DNA of 32,924 bases, taken from assembly GCA_016934225.1 (NCBI GenBank), contig JAFGTH010000202.1:1-32924 (forward strand), given 5' to 3'. The stretch is from Lentisphaerota bacterium. GTDB lineage: Bacteria > Verrucomicrobiota > Kiritimatiellia > UBA8416 > JAFGTH01. This document shows, piece after piece, positions 24,416-31,436 of this stretch. The position numbers were made by a program, and so were the translations under genes. How positions within the stretch are numbered: the first letter of the stretch is position 1; each line of letters starts with the position of its first letter. The notes under the pieces are model-generated. The model ran no database searches, was not told where the DNA came from, and was given only the letters and a program-made list of their open reading frames with translations.

Positions 24416-26520
24416 CGCTCTTGCTCCAATTTGCCGGCAAGAGTTATTCGAGCATCGGCGGCTATCGAATCCTCGCCCGGTTTGCCGGCAATGAAAGGAT
24501 TGATGTCCATCTCCAGAATTTCCGGGAAATCCGTGACCAGTTGACTTATTCTCTGCAACCCTGTCGCAACCGCATCAAAATCCACCCGCGCTTGTCCGCG
24601 CGCTCCTTTCAACAAGGCAAAAGACTTTGTGCTCTCCAGCATCTTCATGGCCTCGGCGTTGGTTATTGGCGCAATGTGAAACGCAACATCCTTCATCACT
24701 TCAACAAAGATTCCGCCCAGCCCGAACATGAGCATCGGCCCAAACTGAGGATCGCGTGTCATGCCGAGTATGATTTCCCTGCCCCGTTTGCACATCTGCT
24801 CCAAATATACACCGTTAATTCGCGCCTTCGGCATGCGTTCTTTAATTCGCATCGTCATAAGATCAAATGCGTCACGTACAGCGTCTTCCGAATCCAGATT
24901 CAGTTTAACGCCGCCAATGTCGGACTTATGAATAATGTCCGGAGATGCAATTTTCATCGCCACGGGCAAGCCGACTTTCAGCGCAATTTCTATCGCCTCA
25001 TCTGCCGTAGCCGCCAAGCCGCCCAACGGCACATTAAATCCGTACGCACTCAACACTTCTTTGGCATATGCTTCACCCATTTGAAATTGCTCGGTTCGAA
25101 TGTGCCTGTTGATGATCCTTCTTACGCGCCTCCTATTTACAAGGAACCGCGTAAGTATCCTTGGCGGTCGCCGCAACCATTCCGAATACTCGCTCATGGC
25201 CTTTAGAGCGGCAATTGCCCTTTCCGGAGACGGATAATCGGGCAAATTCTGAGACATGAGCGTGTCGCGACCCGTTGACACATCAAGCCCGCCCATAAAC
25301 GAAACCAGTATCGGCTTTTTGTTCCTCGCGCAACCCGCAATGGCTTGTGCGGTTTCCACAGGTTTTGTCATGGCCTGCGGGGTCAATATAACCACTATGG
25401 CATCCACCGAATCGTCGCTCTGCGCCGCCTCAACAGCCATGACATACCGCTCAGGATCGGCATCACCCAATACATCAATCGGATTGCCCACGCTTGCCGC
25501 GGACGGCAACTTGCTTTTGAGCGCAGACGCCGAAGCAGTGGCCAATGTGCATACTTTCATGCCCGAAAGTTCAACAGCATCGGCAGCCATAATTCCGGGA
25601 CCACCGGCATTTGTAATGATCGCCACGTTATTCCCCTTGGGCAACGGCTGCATCGCCAACGCCATGGCATAGTCGAACAACGACTCGAACGTATCCGCGC
25701 GTATGATGCCCGACCGACTAAACGCGGCGCCATAGGCCATATCAGCGCCCGCAAGACTGCCAGTATGCGATGAAGCCGCCTTGCCACCCGCCTGGGTAAC
25801 ACCCGACTTGAACACAACCACAGGTTTCTTAGAAGAAGCGTTCTCTGCAGCTTTCATGAATTCGTCGCCGGATCCGATGCTTTCCAGATAGCCCACAATG
25901 ACTTTCGTCTTGTCGTCTTCCGCAAGCGCATTCAGAAAATCCGTCTCGGACAAATCGGCCTTGTTGCCGACACTAACAAGCTTGGCCAAACCAAGATGCC
26001 GTGACGCAGCCCAGTCCAGTATCGCAGTACAAAGAGCGCCCGATTGGGACACTACAGAAATTCCGCCCTGTAAAGGCATGTGCTTGGCAAACGAAGCGTT
26101 CATCCGATGATGCGCGTTGATCAAACCCAGACAATTCGGACCAAGCAAACGCACTCCCTTTGACAGACACATTTGCGCTATCTCGCGCTCAAGCGCCATG
26201 CCCGCATCGCCGACTTCCTTGAACCCTGCGGTAATCACCGCTATCGCTCCGGCTCCAGCCGTAATGGATGCATCAATCGCATCTCTCACAGCCGCCGTCG
26301 GAATAGCAATGACCGCAAGGTCAATCTTTTTGCCATATGATTCGAGATCCGGGTAACACTTGAGCCCACACACTTCATCAGCTGAAGGATTCACGGGTAC
26401 GATACTCCCGCCAAACCCGCCGTCTTTCAAATTAGCCAATATTTCGTAACCCACCTTGCCCGGCGTTCGTGATGCGCCAATTACAGCTACAGTTTTGGGT
26501 TCCAGTAATGCCTCAAACAT
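24412..26520 (-). CDS. ADP-forming acetyl/acyl-CoA synthetase (fused alpha-beta, acetate--CoA ligase family)
   Basis: The 702-aa product has a CoA-binding N-terminus (TVAVIGASRTPGKVGYEI) and a phosphohistidine loop (AASSHTGSLAGAD). The C-terminal ATP-grasp part reads AKEVLSAYGFNVP...VAMKIASPDIIHKSDIGGVKLNL. Its stop overlaps the next ATG (ATGA at 24415-24412). Confidence 0.9.
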   Translation of the reverse strand: MFEALLEPKTVAVIGASRTPGKVGYEILANLKDGGFGGSIVPVNPSADEVCGLKCYPDLESYGKKIDLAVIAIPTAAVRDAIDASITAGAGAIAVITAGFKEVGDAGMALEREIAQMCLSKGVRLLGPNCLGLINAHHRMNASFAKHMPLQGGISVVSQSGALCTAILDWAASRHLGLAKLVSVGNKADLSETDFLNALAEDDKTKVIVGYLESIGSGDEFMKAAENASSKKPVVVFKSGVTQAGGKAASSHTGSLAGADMAYGAAFSRSGIIRADTFESLFDYAMALAMQPLPKGNNVAIITNAGGPGIMAADAVELSGMKVCTLATASASALKSKLPSAASVGNPIDVLGDADPERYVMAVEAAQSDDSVDAIVVILTPQAMTKPVETAQAIAGCARNKKPILVSFMGGLDVSTGRDTLMSQNLPDYPSPERAIAALKAMSEYSEWLRRPPRILTRFLVNRRRVRRIINRHIRTEQFQMGEAYAKEVLSAYGFNVPLGGLAATADEAIEIALKVGLPVAMKIASPDIIHKSDIGGVKLNLDSEDAVRDAFDLMTMRIKERMPKARINGVYLEQMCKRGREIILGMTRDPQFGPMLMFGLGGIFVEVMKDVAFHIAPITNAEAMKMLESTKSFALLKGARGQARVDFDAVATGLQRISQLVTDFPEILEMDINPFIAGKPGEDSIAADARITLAGKLEQER

Positions 26521-26576
26521 ATTTGACGTCTTTCTCTTGTCAATTCACCGGTTCAACAATCGTAAACAACATCTTC

Positions 26577-26593
26577 CGGCACACGTTTTGCCG
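26577..26593. promoter_or_regulatory. palindromic CGGCA-N7-TGCCG box with sigma-54-like GG-N10-GC spacing in both orientations
   Basis: The plus strand reads cGGCACacgttTTGCcg (GG 26578-79, GC 26590-91), a very good match to TGGCAC-N5-TTGC, but it points antisense into the activator gene. The minus strand reads cGGCAAaacgtGTGCcg and points at the acd operon, whose ATG (26520) lies 57 nt downstream of the box. Confidence 0.3.
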
Positions 26594-26619
26594 CAACCCC
26601 CAGCAGCAATCAACTATTG

Positions 26620-26648
26620 AATATATATCGTGCGGCATCTGCATGCAA
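26620..26648 (-). promoter_or_regulatory. candidate sigma-70 promoter for the acd operon
   Basis: The minus strand reads TTGCAT (26648-26643), a 17-nt spacer, then TATATT (26625-26620). It lies about 100 nt upstream of ATG 26520. Confidence 0.3.
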
Positions 26649-26670
26649 ATTCCAAAACCGGACATCATAA

Positions 26671-28299
26671 TCACCCCGATTTCTCGGCATCCGCTCGTCT
26701 CAATTTCCGCCACAGCGTTGCCGGACTGATTCCAAGGATTTTTGTCGCCGCAGTTTTGTTGCCTCCGACCGACTCCAGAACCGCTTGAATATGATTCTTT
26801 TCCAAATCGCTTAACGTTTGCGGTTTGTCTGTAGGGCCGCCACGCCACCGGGAAGCCATATTGACAACCGAACCGGGTAAATCTTCACGCTTGATCACAT
26901 GATCAGCGCACAAAATAGCCGCTCTTTCGATAACATTCTCCAATTCACGAACATTGCCCGGCCACGAATATGACAACAGAGGATCCAGGCACGATGCGTC
27001 CAGTTGAAGCTTGGGCATTTTTAATTTTCCCGCGACATTTTTCACAAACAAACGCGCCAACGGCAAAATGTCGTCAGTCCTGTCGCGCAACGGAGGCACT
27101 TCGATCTCTATCACGCCAAGCCGATAAAATAAATCCTCTCTGAATGTCCCGTTTTGAACCATATTTTTCAAATCTCTGTTCGTGGCGGCTATGACCCGAA
27201 TGTCCACTTTGCGCGTCTTGCTTTCGCCTACTCGCATAATCTCGTGCTCCTGCAATACGCGAAGAAGACGAAGTTGCATACTTTGCGAAATATCACCGAT
27301 CTCATCCAGGAAAATGGTCCCCTTTTGCGCCTGTTCAAAAAGGCCGACCCTGTCGTCCGTCGCCCCAGTGAACGACCCGCGTTTATGCCCGAACAATTCG
27401 CTTTCAAGAAGATTCTCCGGAAGCGCGCCGCAGTTCACTCCCACAAACGGACCGGCAGATCTTGCCGAAAGACCGTGGATATGCCTGGCCAATACCTCTT
27501 TCCCAACACCGCTTTCGCCTGTAATCAAAACGGATGCGTCATAACCCGCAACACGAATCGCCAGTTCCAACACTTTTCTGAATGCCTCGCTCTTGACCTC
27601 CACCATCCCCAGCGAAGCAATTTCCTCGCTCGCATGCATGGCCAATAAATTCTCCGTCGGCGTCTGTCGTTTAAGAACCTGCGTCAGATCCATAACCTTG
27701 CCGCGAATGTCGTCCGCGCGGAAATAGGGCAAATGCGGTCTTATCTCGTCACCCCATGAGGCCGCATCTTTTCCGGAAGCAATGCATGCTCTGTCGCCGG
27801 CCGCTCGACACTTCCGCTCAATGAAATATATTTCCGTGCCCATGCAGAAGGACGCGTATCCGCTTGCGTATCCTACCAGCATCCAACAAGCCGGTTCGTC
27901 GGAACGACCAAATTCCATCAGGTGCTCCTCAGCCTCGCCGGAATTGTGCCAGATTACCTCCATCTCAAATTTGCCGGACGCTTCATCCATTTTCAAAGAC
28001 TTCGTCACAACACGCGTTACCCCCTGCAACGCATGCATCCGCGGACCGGCTTTTATCCATTCTTTCGTGTTGCGCCATTGGAATATACGCTTCATCGCCG
28101 CCGCGTCGGCGTTCCCCCAGTAATACCCAAATCGCGTGAACATCCGCCTGGCTTCGTTCATTCCAACAGTCTGCACCAGATCATGCCGAAACTGTGCGAA
28201 AGCATGAAGCGAATGCAATACCAGCCGCCTGCCATGTAAATTCAAGGCTCCATCCTCAAAACTCACCAATTCCTCAAGTTTTAGCTCTTCCGCCTTCAT
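26671..28299 (-). CDS. sigma-54-dependent transcriptional activator, XylR/DmpR-like (XylR_N + V4R sensor, AAA+, Fis-type HTH)
   Basis: Walker A is [15 protein letters not shown], followed by [15 protein letters not shown] (a GAFTGA variant) and Walker B IFLDEIGD, then [10 protein letters not shown]. The C-terminal HTH is [22 protein letters not shown]. The N-terminal ~200 aa ([23 protein letters not shown]...[17 protein letters not shown]...[13 protein letters not shown]) fit the XylR_N/V4R small-molecule-sensing module. Confidence 0.9.
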   Translation of the reverse strand: MKAEELKLEELVSFEDGALNLHGRRLVLHSLHAFAQFRHDLVQTVGMNEARRMFTRFGYYWGNADAAAMKRIFQWRNTKEWIKAGPRMHALQGVTRVVTKSLKMDEASGKFEMEVIWHNSGEAEEHLMEFGRSDEPACWMLVGYASGYASFCMGTEIYFIERKCRAAGDRACIASGKDAASWGDEIRPHLPYFRADDIRGKVMDLTQVLKRQTPTENLLAMHASEEIASLGMVEVKSEAFRKVLELAIRVAGYDASVLITGESGVGKEVLARHIHGLSARSAGPFVGVNCGALPENLLESELFGHKRGSFTGATDDRVGLFEQAQKGTIFLDEIGDISQSMQLRLLRVLQEHEIMRVGESKTRKVDIRVIAATNRDLKNMVQNGTFREDLFYRLGVIEIEVPPLRDRTDDILPLARLFVKNVAGKLKMPKLQLDASCLDPLLSYSWPGNVRELENVIERAAILCADHVIKREDLPGSVVNMASRWRGGPTDKPQTLSDLEKNHIQAVLESVGGNKTAATKILGISPATLWRKLRRADAEKSG

Positions 28300-28327
28300 A
28301 TCAATTTATGCCAATTTATGCGTTATC

Positions 28328-28346
28328 TTATTTCATTCTGAAATAA
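28328..28346. promoter_or_regulatory. candidate upstream activator sequence: palindrome TTATTTCA-TTC-TGAAATAA
   Basis: The palindrome has perfect 8-bp arms and a 3-nt spacer. It lies about 150 bp upstream of the sigma-54 promoter at 28487. A third TGAAATA half-site occurs at 28359-28365, and an AT-rich tract with an IHF-like ATCAAgtttTT lies between the palindrome and the promoter. Confidence 0.35.
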
Positions 28347-28486
28347 TGTATTGCAGTATGAAATATATAGTATAAACAATCAAGTTTTTTCCATCTGAGG
28401 CTGTCACGGTGAGTATAAGCATAAACGGCCCGTAAATATTGCCTTCTTGCACAATTCCTGAGGATGCATTTGCCCCGTACAAGTGT

Positions 28487-28502
28487 TGGCACGACAACTG
28501 CA
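28487..28502 (+). promoter_or_regulatory. sigma-54 (-24/-12) promoter of the M20 hydrolase / ackA' operon
   Basis: TGGCACGacaaCTGCA matches the consensus TGGCACG-N4-TTGCW with one mismatch. GG is at 28488-89 and GC at 28500-01, with exact 10-nt spacing. It lies 54 nt upstream of ATG 28556 and is divergent from a sigma-54 activator gene. Confidence 0.72.
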
Positions 28503-28555
28503 ATATGAGAATCCGGAAACACACAGCTATAACAACACAGGAAAGAGAGGCTCAT

Positions 28556-29785
28556 ATGTTTGATCTTATGCGACGCAAGGCCAAATTGCTTGAGAAGGAT
28601 GTTGTCGAGTTCGCCGCAAGACTGGTGCGCACTCCCAGTGTTACAACTCACGAAGCTGATGTTGCGGCACTCGTGGAAACGACAATGCGGAATATCGGGT
28701 ATGAGAACGTTTTCCGCGACGATGCCGGAAACGTGGTCAGTGTCATACCGGGACGCCGGAATGCTCCAACCGTTCTGCTGTTGTCTCATATGGATACTGT
28801 CGCACCCGATGAAAAGAACAATTGGACGCATCCGCCTTTTGACGGCGTTATTGAAAACGGGCGTTTGCACGGTGTCGGATCGTCGGATTGCAAATCAGGG
28901 CTGGCTGCCCAAATCTTTGCGGGCGCCTTGCTTAAGCGAACCCTGCTTCCACTTGAGGGCAACATGATAGTCGCCGCCACCGTTTCGGAAGAAAACGGCG
29001 GCAGTCCCGGCGCGCGAGCTCTCATGGAAAACACACTTCCGGCCATGCAAATGAAACCTGATTTTGCCGTTCTGGGTGAGCCGACAGGCCTCGCCCTGTA
29101 TCACGGCCATGACGGCTGGGCCCAATTCGACATATTGGTGTACGGAGCAAATCAGTTCCAGGTTGACGACGCTGCTCGCGCCGTCGAAACCCATCTTTCA
29201 GAACGCAGCCGCTATTCGCGACAAAACCGATACAGTGATCAAACTATCGTAGCCAGACGTCCGACACAACTGGTGGAGGGATTCCACCGCGGCACAATAC
29301 AACTCACCAGGCGCATGAATGAGCGTGAAGACTACCGCGATGTTGCCTCGCAGATACATCATAACGCCGCTCTGGTCGCAGAATCGGTGGGTAGCGCCGA
29401 CGTATCGGTATCCATTCCACAAACCAGACAACGCCTCTATACCAACAGAACCGTCGTGACAAAGAACATTATCGAGGCATGGTCCACAGATCCGTTCAAC
29501 GCTGTAATGGAACGCCCGCGCCAGGCCCTGATGGCCGCGGGATGCAAAGCGCAGGCGGGCAAATGGTCCCTACCGCGCTGCGGAATGGCAACGGCGGGCG
29601 GATTGCTGCTCAAGACCTTCGGCGTGCCCACGATAGGGTACGGACCCGGCAACGAGGAAACCGCGCATTCCGCCAATGAATCGGTGGAAACAACCATGAT
29701 CGAGCAAGCCATGTTCGGCACGGCTGTCATCGTCCACAGTCTTGTCGGAATCCCCGTGTGCGGATGGACGGCCGACGAAATTTGA
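28556..29785 (+). CDS. M20-family metallohydrolase (ArgE/DapE/aminoacylase/CPG2-like)
   Basis: ATG 28556 follows GGAAAGAGAGG. Metal-ligand motifs are LLLSHMDTV, GVGSSDCKSG, VSEENGG and ETAHSANESV. The longer ORF from 28439 would include the sigma-54 promoter and was rejected. Confidence 0.85.
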   Translation: MFDLMRRKAKLLEKDVVEFAARLVRTPSVTTHEADVAALVETTMRNIGYENVFRDDAGNVVSVIPGRRNAPTVLLLSHMDTVAPDEKNNWTHPPFDGVIENGRLHGVGSSDCKSGLAAQIFAGALLKRTLLPLEGNMIVAATVSEENGGSPGARALMENTLPAMQMKPDFAVLGEPTGLALYHGHDGWAQFDILVYGANQFQVDDAARAVETHLSERSRYSRQNRYSDQTIVARRPTQLVEGFHRGTIQLTRRMNEREDYRDVASQIHHNAALVAESVGSADVSVSIPQTRQRLYTNRTVVTKNIIEAWSTDPFNAVMERPRQALMAAGCKAQAGKWSLPRCGMATAGGLLLKTFGVPTIGYGPGNEETAHSANESVETTMIEQAMFGTAVIVHSLVGIPVCGWTADEI

Positions 29786-29811
29786 CGCTATTGAGGAGAA
29801 TATACAGCGCA

Positions 29812-30336
29812 ATGAATATACTTGTCTTTAATTGCGGAAGTTCGTCTCTGAAATTTCGCCTTATCGCCATGCCTGACGAGAAAGAGTTGATCAGCGGTGA
29901 GGCACAGCGCATAGGCCCGCCCACCGCTCTGCCGTCGAAAATAATCTACAGAGTCCGCGACGAGAAATTCGCCACGGAAATACAAATGGCGGATCACGAA
30001 GCCGCATTGCGGCAAATAATGACCATTTTAACGGGAATACCCGATTGTTCGCCTGATCTTGTCGCTCATCGTCTCGTTCACGGCGGTTCGCGAATCACTG
30101 CGACGTCTCCGGTCACAAGCGCCGTGGCTGAAGATTTGCGGATGGTGAGCAGTCTCGCACCTCTGCATAATCCGCCGGCAATTGCGGCGCTGGAGGCATG
30201 CCGCAAACACTTCCCGCATTTGTCTCAAGTCGTCGTGTCCGATACCGCATACCACAACACCATACCGGAACATGCGGCAATATATGCCTTGCCGAAAGAT
30301 TTGCGCACGCAAACAGGCATACGGAAATATGGATTT
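29812..30336 (+). pseudogene. ackA: acetate/propionate-kinase family gene, 5' fragment only (about 175 of ~400 codons)
   Basis: GAGGAG lies 13 nt upstream of the start. The product reads MNILVFNCGSSSLKFRL...HRLVHGG...LAPLHNPP...VVVSDTAYHNTIP...GIRKYGF. Homology stops where the family continues HGTSH. The frame then reads into the inverted repeat of the mobile element and terminates at 30489. Confidence 0.8.
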
Positions 30337-30342
30337 GTATTC

Positions 30343-30371
30343 CAGGGTCAGACCTTGGTTATTGACTTTAG
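30343..30371 (+). repeat. left 29-bp inverted repeat of the element
   Basis: This is an exact reverse-complement match to 31401-31429. It contains the small palindrome GGTC-A-GACC. It overlaps the last 8 codons of the transposase gene. Confidence 0.9.
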
Positions 30372-31376
30372 TTTTAATATTCTTGCTTTCAGGCGATTTA
30401 TACGTTTCGTTAATGTCTTGTCTTCTTCCATTTGCCTTTTAAACCGCTGCCGTAGTTTGGACACCGATGAATCGTTGGTATACCCATAATATTGCCCTAC
30501 GCATCTCTGGCTTCTAGCACTTATTTGACACGATAAATAAACCGCTGTTCTTTTGGCGAGCGACGCTTTGTGACCGTGCTCGTGAAGAACTTCAGGCTTT
30601 ACACCAAATTCTTCAGCAACCGTTTCTTCTATATCTCCCAACTCTGCTATTCGCTCTCTTGGCCGATATATGTCTCCGCCACCGCATGCTTTCGCTAAAT
30701 GCATTTCCTTAAGATCATTTTCAGATTCTTCAATAAATTTATCACCCCCTATCGCATACCGGCTTACTTTTAGCGCTTTCTTGAATTCTTCATCATCTTT
30801 AGCTGTCATCTCCTCCAAATATCGCTTATATGCAGCAGCGTTACCTTTTTTCGTTTTAAGCCCCATTTGATATAACCAGCGATAATCTATTATCTCTTCC
30901 TCTTTTGTTTTATCGATGTAGCCCGGGTAACTGCTCCATCTAAATTGGTTCAAATACCTTATCCGTTCAGAGAAAAGCTCGCTCTGCATCCTACGTGTTT
31001 TAACAGGATTTAGATGTATATATCTCGTCAGCCGAATTATATAATCGTCACCAGCGACAAGCTTAGCTCCATATCTCCCCTGAAAACAGTGCCCTGGTTT
31101 ACCATGTTTGTACCTGAAGTACATGCTATAGGCTGTATTGAGCCTTTGCATGAATCGTTTTACGTTGCCCAGCGGGGTTTCAAGCAGAAGGTGGTAGTGG
31201 TTAGGCATTAATACATAAGCATAAAGAATCACTTCGTCTTTTTCAAGAGCGTCTTTAAGCTGATTAAGAAATCTCTGGTAATCACAATCCTCTATGAATA
31301 TCTGCCGCCGACCATTTCCTCTGGAGGTTATATGATACTTCGCCCCTGAATACGTTACTCTCCATGGCCTTGTCAT
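30348..31376 (-). CDS. Y1 (HUH) tyrosine transposase, RayT/IS200-like, with C-terminal HTH-like extension
   Basis: The 342-aa product shows YHITSRGNGRRQIF and the HUH motif in YAYVLMPNHYHLLLETP. The catalytic-Tyr helix is RLTRYIHLNPV. The C-terminal ~90 aa (LAKRTAVYLSCQISARSQRCVGQYYGYTNDSSVSKLRQRF) resemble a DnaA-C-terminal-type HTH. Confidence 0.88.
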   Translation of the reverse strand: MTRPWRVTYSGAKYHITSRGNGRRQIFIEDCDYQRFLNQLKDALEKDEVILYAYVLMPNHYHLLLETPLGNVKRFMQRLNTAYSMYFRYKHGKPGHCFQGRYGAKLVAGDDYIIRLTRYIHLNPVKTRRMQSELFSERIRYLNQFRWSSYPGYIDKTKEEEIIDYRWLYQMGLKTKKGNAAAYKRYLEEMTAKDDEEFKKALKVSRYAIGGDKFIEESENDLKEMHLAKACGGGDIYRPRERIAELGDIEETVAEEFGVKPEVLHEHGHKASLAKRTAVYLSCQISARSQRCVGQYYGYTNDSSVSKLRQRFKRQMEEDKTLTKRINRLKARILKLKSITKV

Positions 31377-31400
31377 ATAAATAACATATCATCATTCACC

Positions 31401-31429
31401 CTAAAGTCAATAACCAAGGTCTGACCCTG
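31401..31429 (-). repeat. right 29-bp inverted repeat of the element
   Basis: ctaaagtcaataaccaaggtctgaccctg is an exact reverse complement of 30343-30371. It lies 24 nt upstream of the transposase ATG and 7 nt from the stop codon of the next gene. Confidence 0.9.
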
Positions 31430-31436
31430 TGTCCGG

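Larger units (their letters stand above)
30343..31429. mobile_element. REPtron-like / IS200-IS605-superfamily element: Y1 transposase gene bracketed by perfect 29-bp inverted repeats
   Basis: The element is 1087 bp. Its left end is cagggtcagaccttggttattgactttag (30343-30371), and its right end (31401-31429) is the exact reverse complement. The interior is visibly more AT-rich than the flanks. I saw no target-site duplication. Confidence 0.75.

Noticed and set aside
24403-25206. A 267-aa plus-strand ORF, entirely antisense to the acetyl-CoA synthetase gene.
   Set aside because: Its Arg/His/Gln-rich, low-complexity composition is typical of a shadow ORF opposite a real gene. It has no motif and no start context, and the opposite strand carries unmistakable ACD motifs.
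26640-26655. A sigma-54-like TGGAATTTGCATGCA on the minus strand upstream of the acd operon.
   Set aside because: The GG-to-GC spacing is 9 nt rather than the required 10. The TTGCAT here is better explained as a sigma-70 -35 element.
28302-28321. The tandem direct repeat caatttatgc x2 next to the activator start codon, considered as a possible repeat array or iteron.
   Set aside because: There are only two 10-bp copies, which is too short to call a repeat element. I mention it only as context in the sigma-54 regulon finding.
28439-28555. An upstream extension of the M20 ORF (ORF track start 28439).
   Set aside because: The extension contains the near-consensus sigma-54 promoter (28487-28502) and a purine-rich RBS directly before ATG 28556. 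M20 homology starts after 28556.
28328-28870. A 180-aa minus-strand ORF spanning the divergent promoter region and the 5' end of the M20 gene.
   Set aside because: It overlaps the sigma-54 promoter and a well-supported M20 coding frame. Its composition is not protein-like, with many Cys, His and Arg residues, and it carries no family signature.
29758-29811. An upstream extension of the ackA-like ORF that overlaps the end of the M20 gene.
   Set aside because: Acetate kinase family proteins begin M-x-ILV(I/F)N(C/A)GSSS, which matches ATG 29812 with GAGGAG 13 nt upstream. The extension is out of character and overlaps the M20 stop.
30343-31429. Interpretation of the element as a conventional TIR-type insertion sequence with a DDE transposase.
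   Set aside because: The only ORF is an HUH/Y1 transposase. No DDE motifs and no target-site duplication are present. Inverted REP-like flanks fit the REPtron model better.
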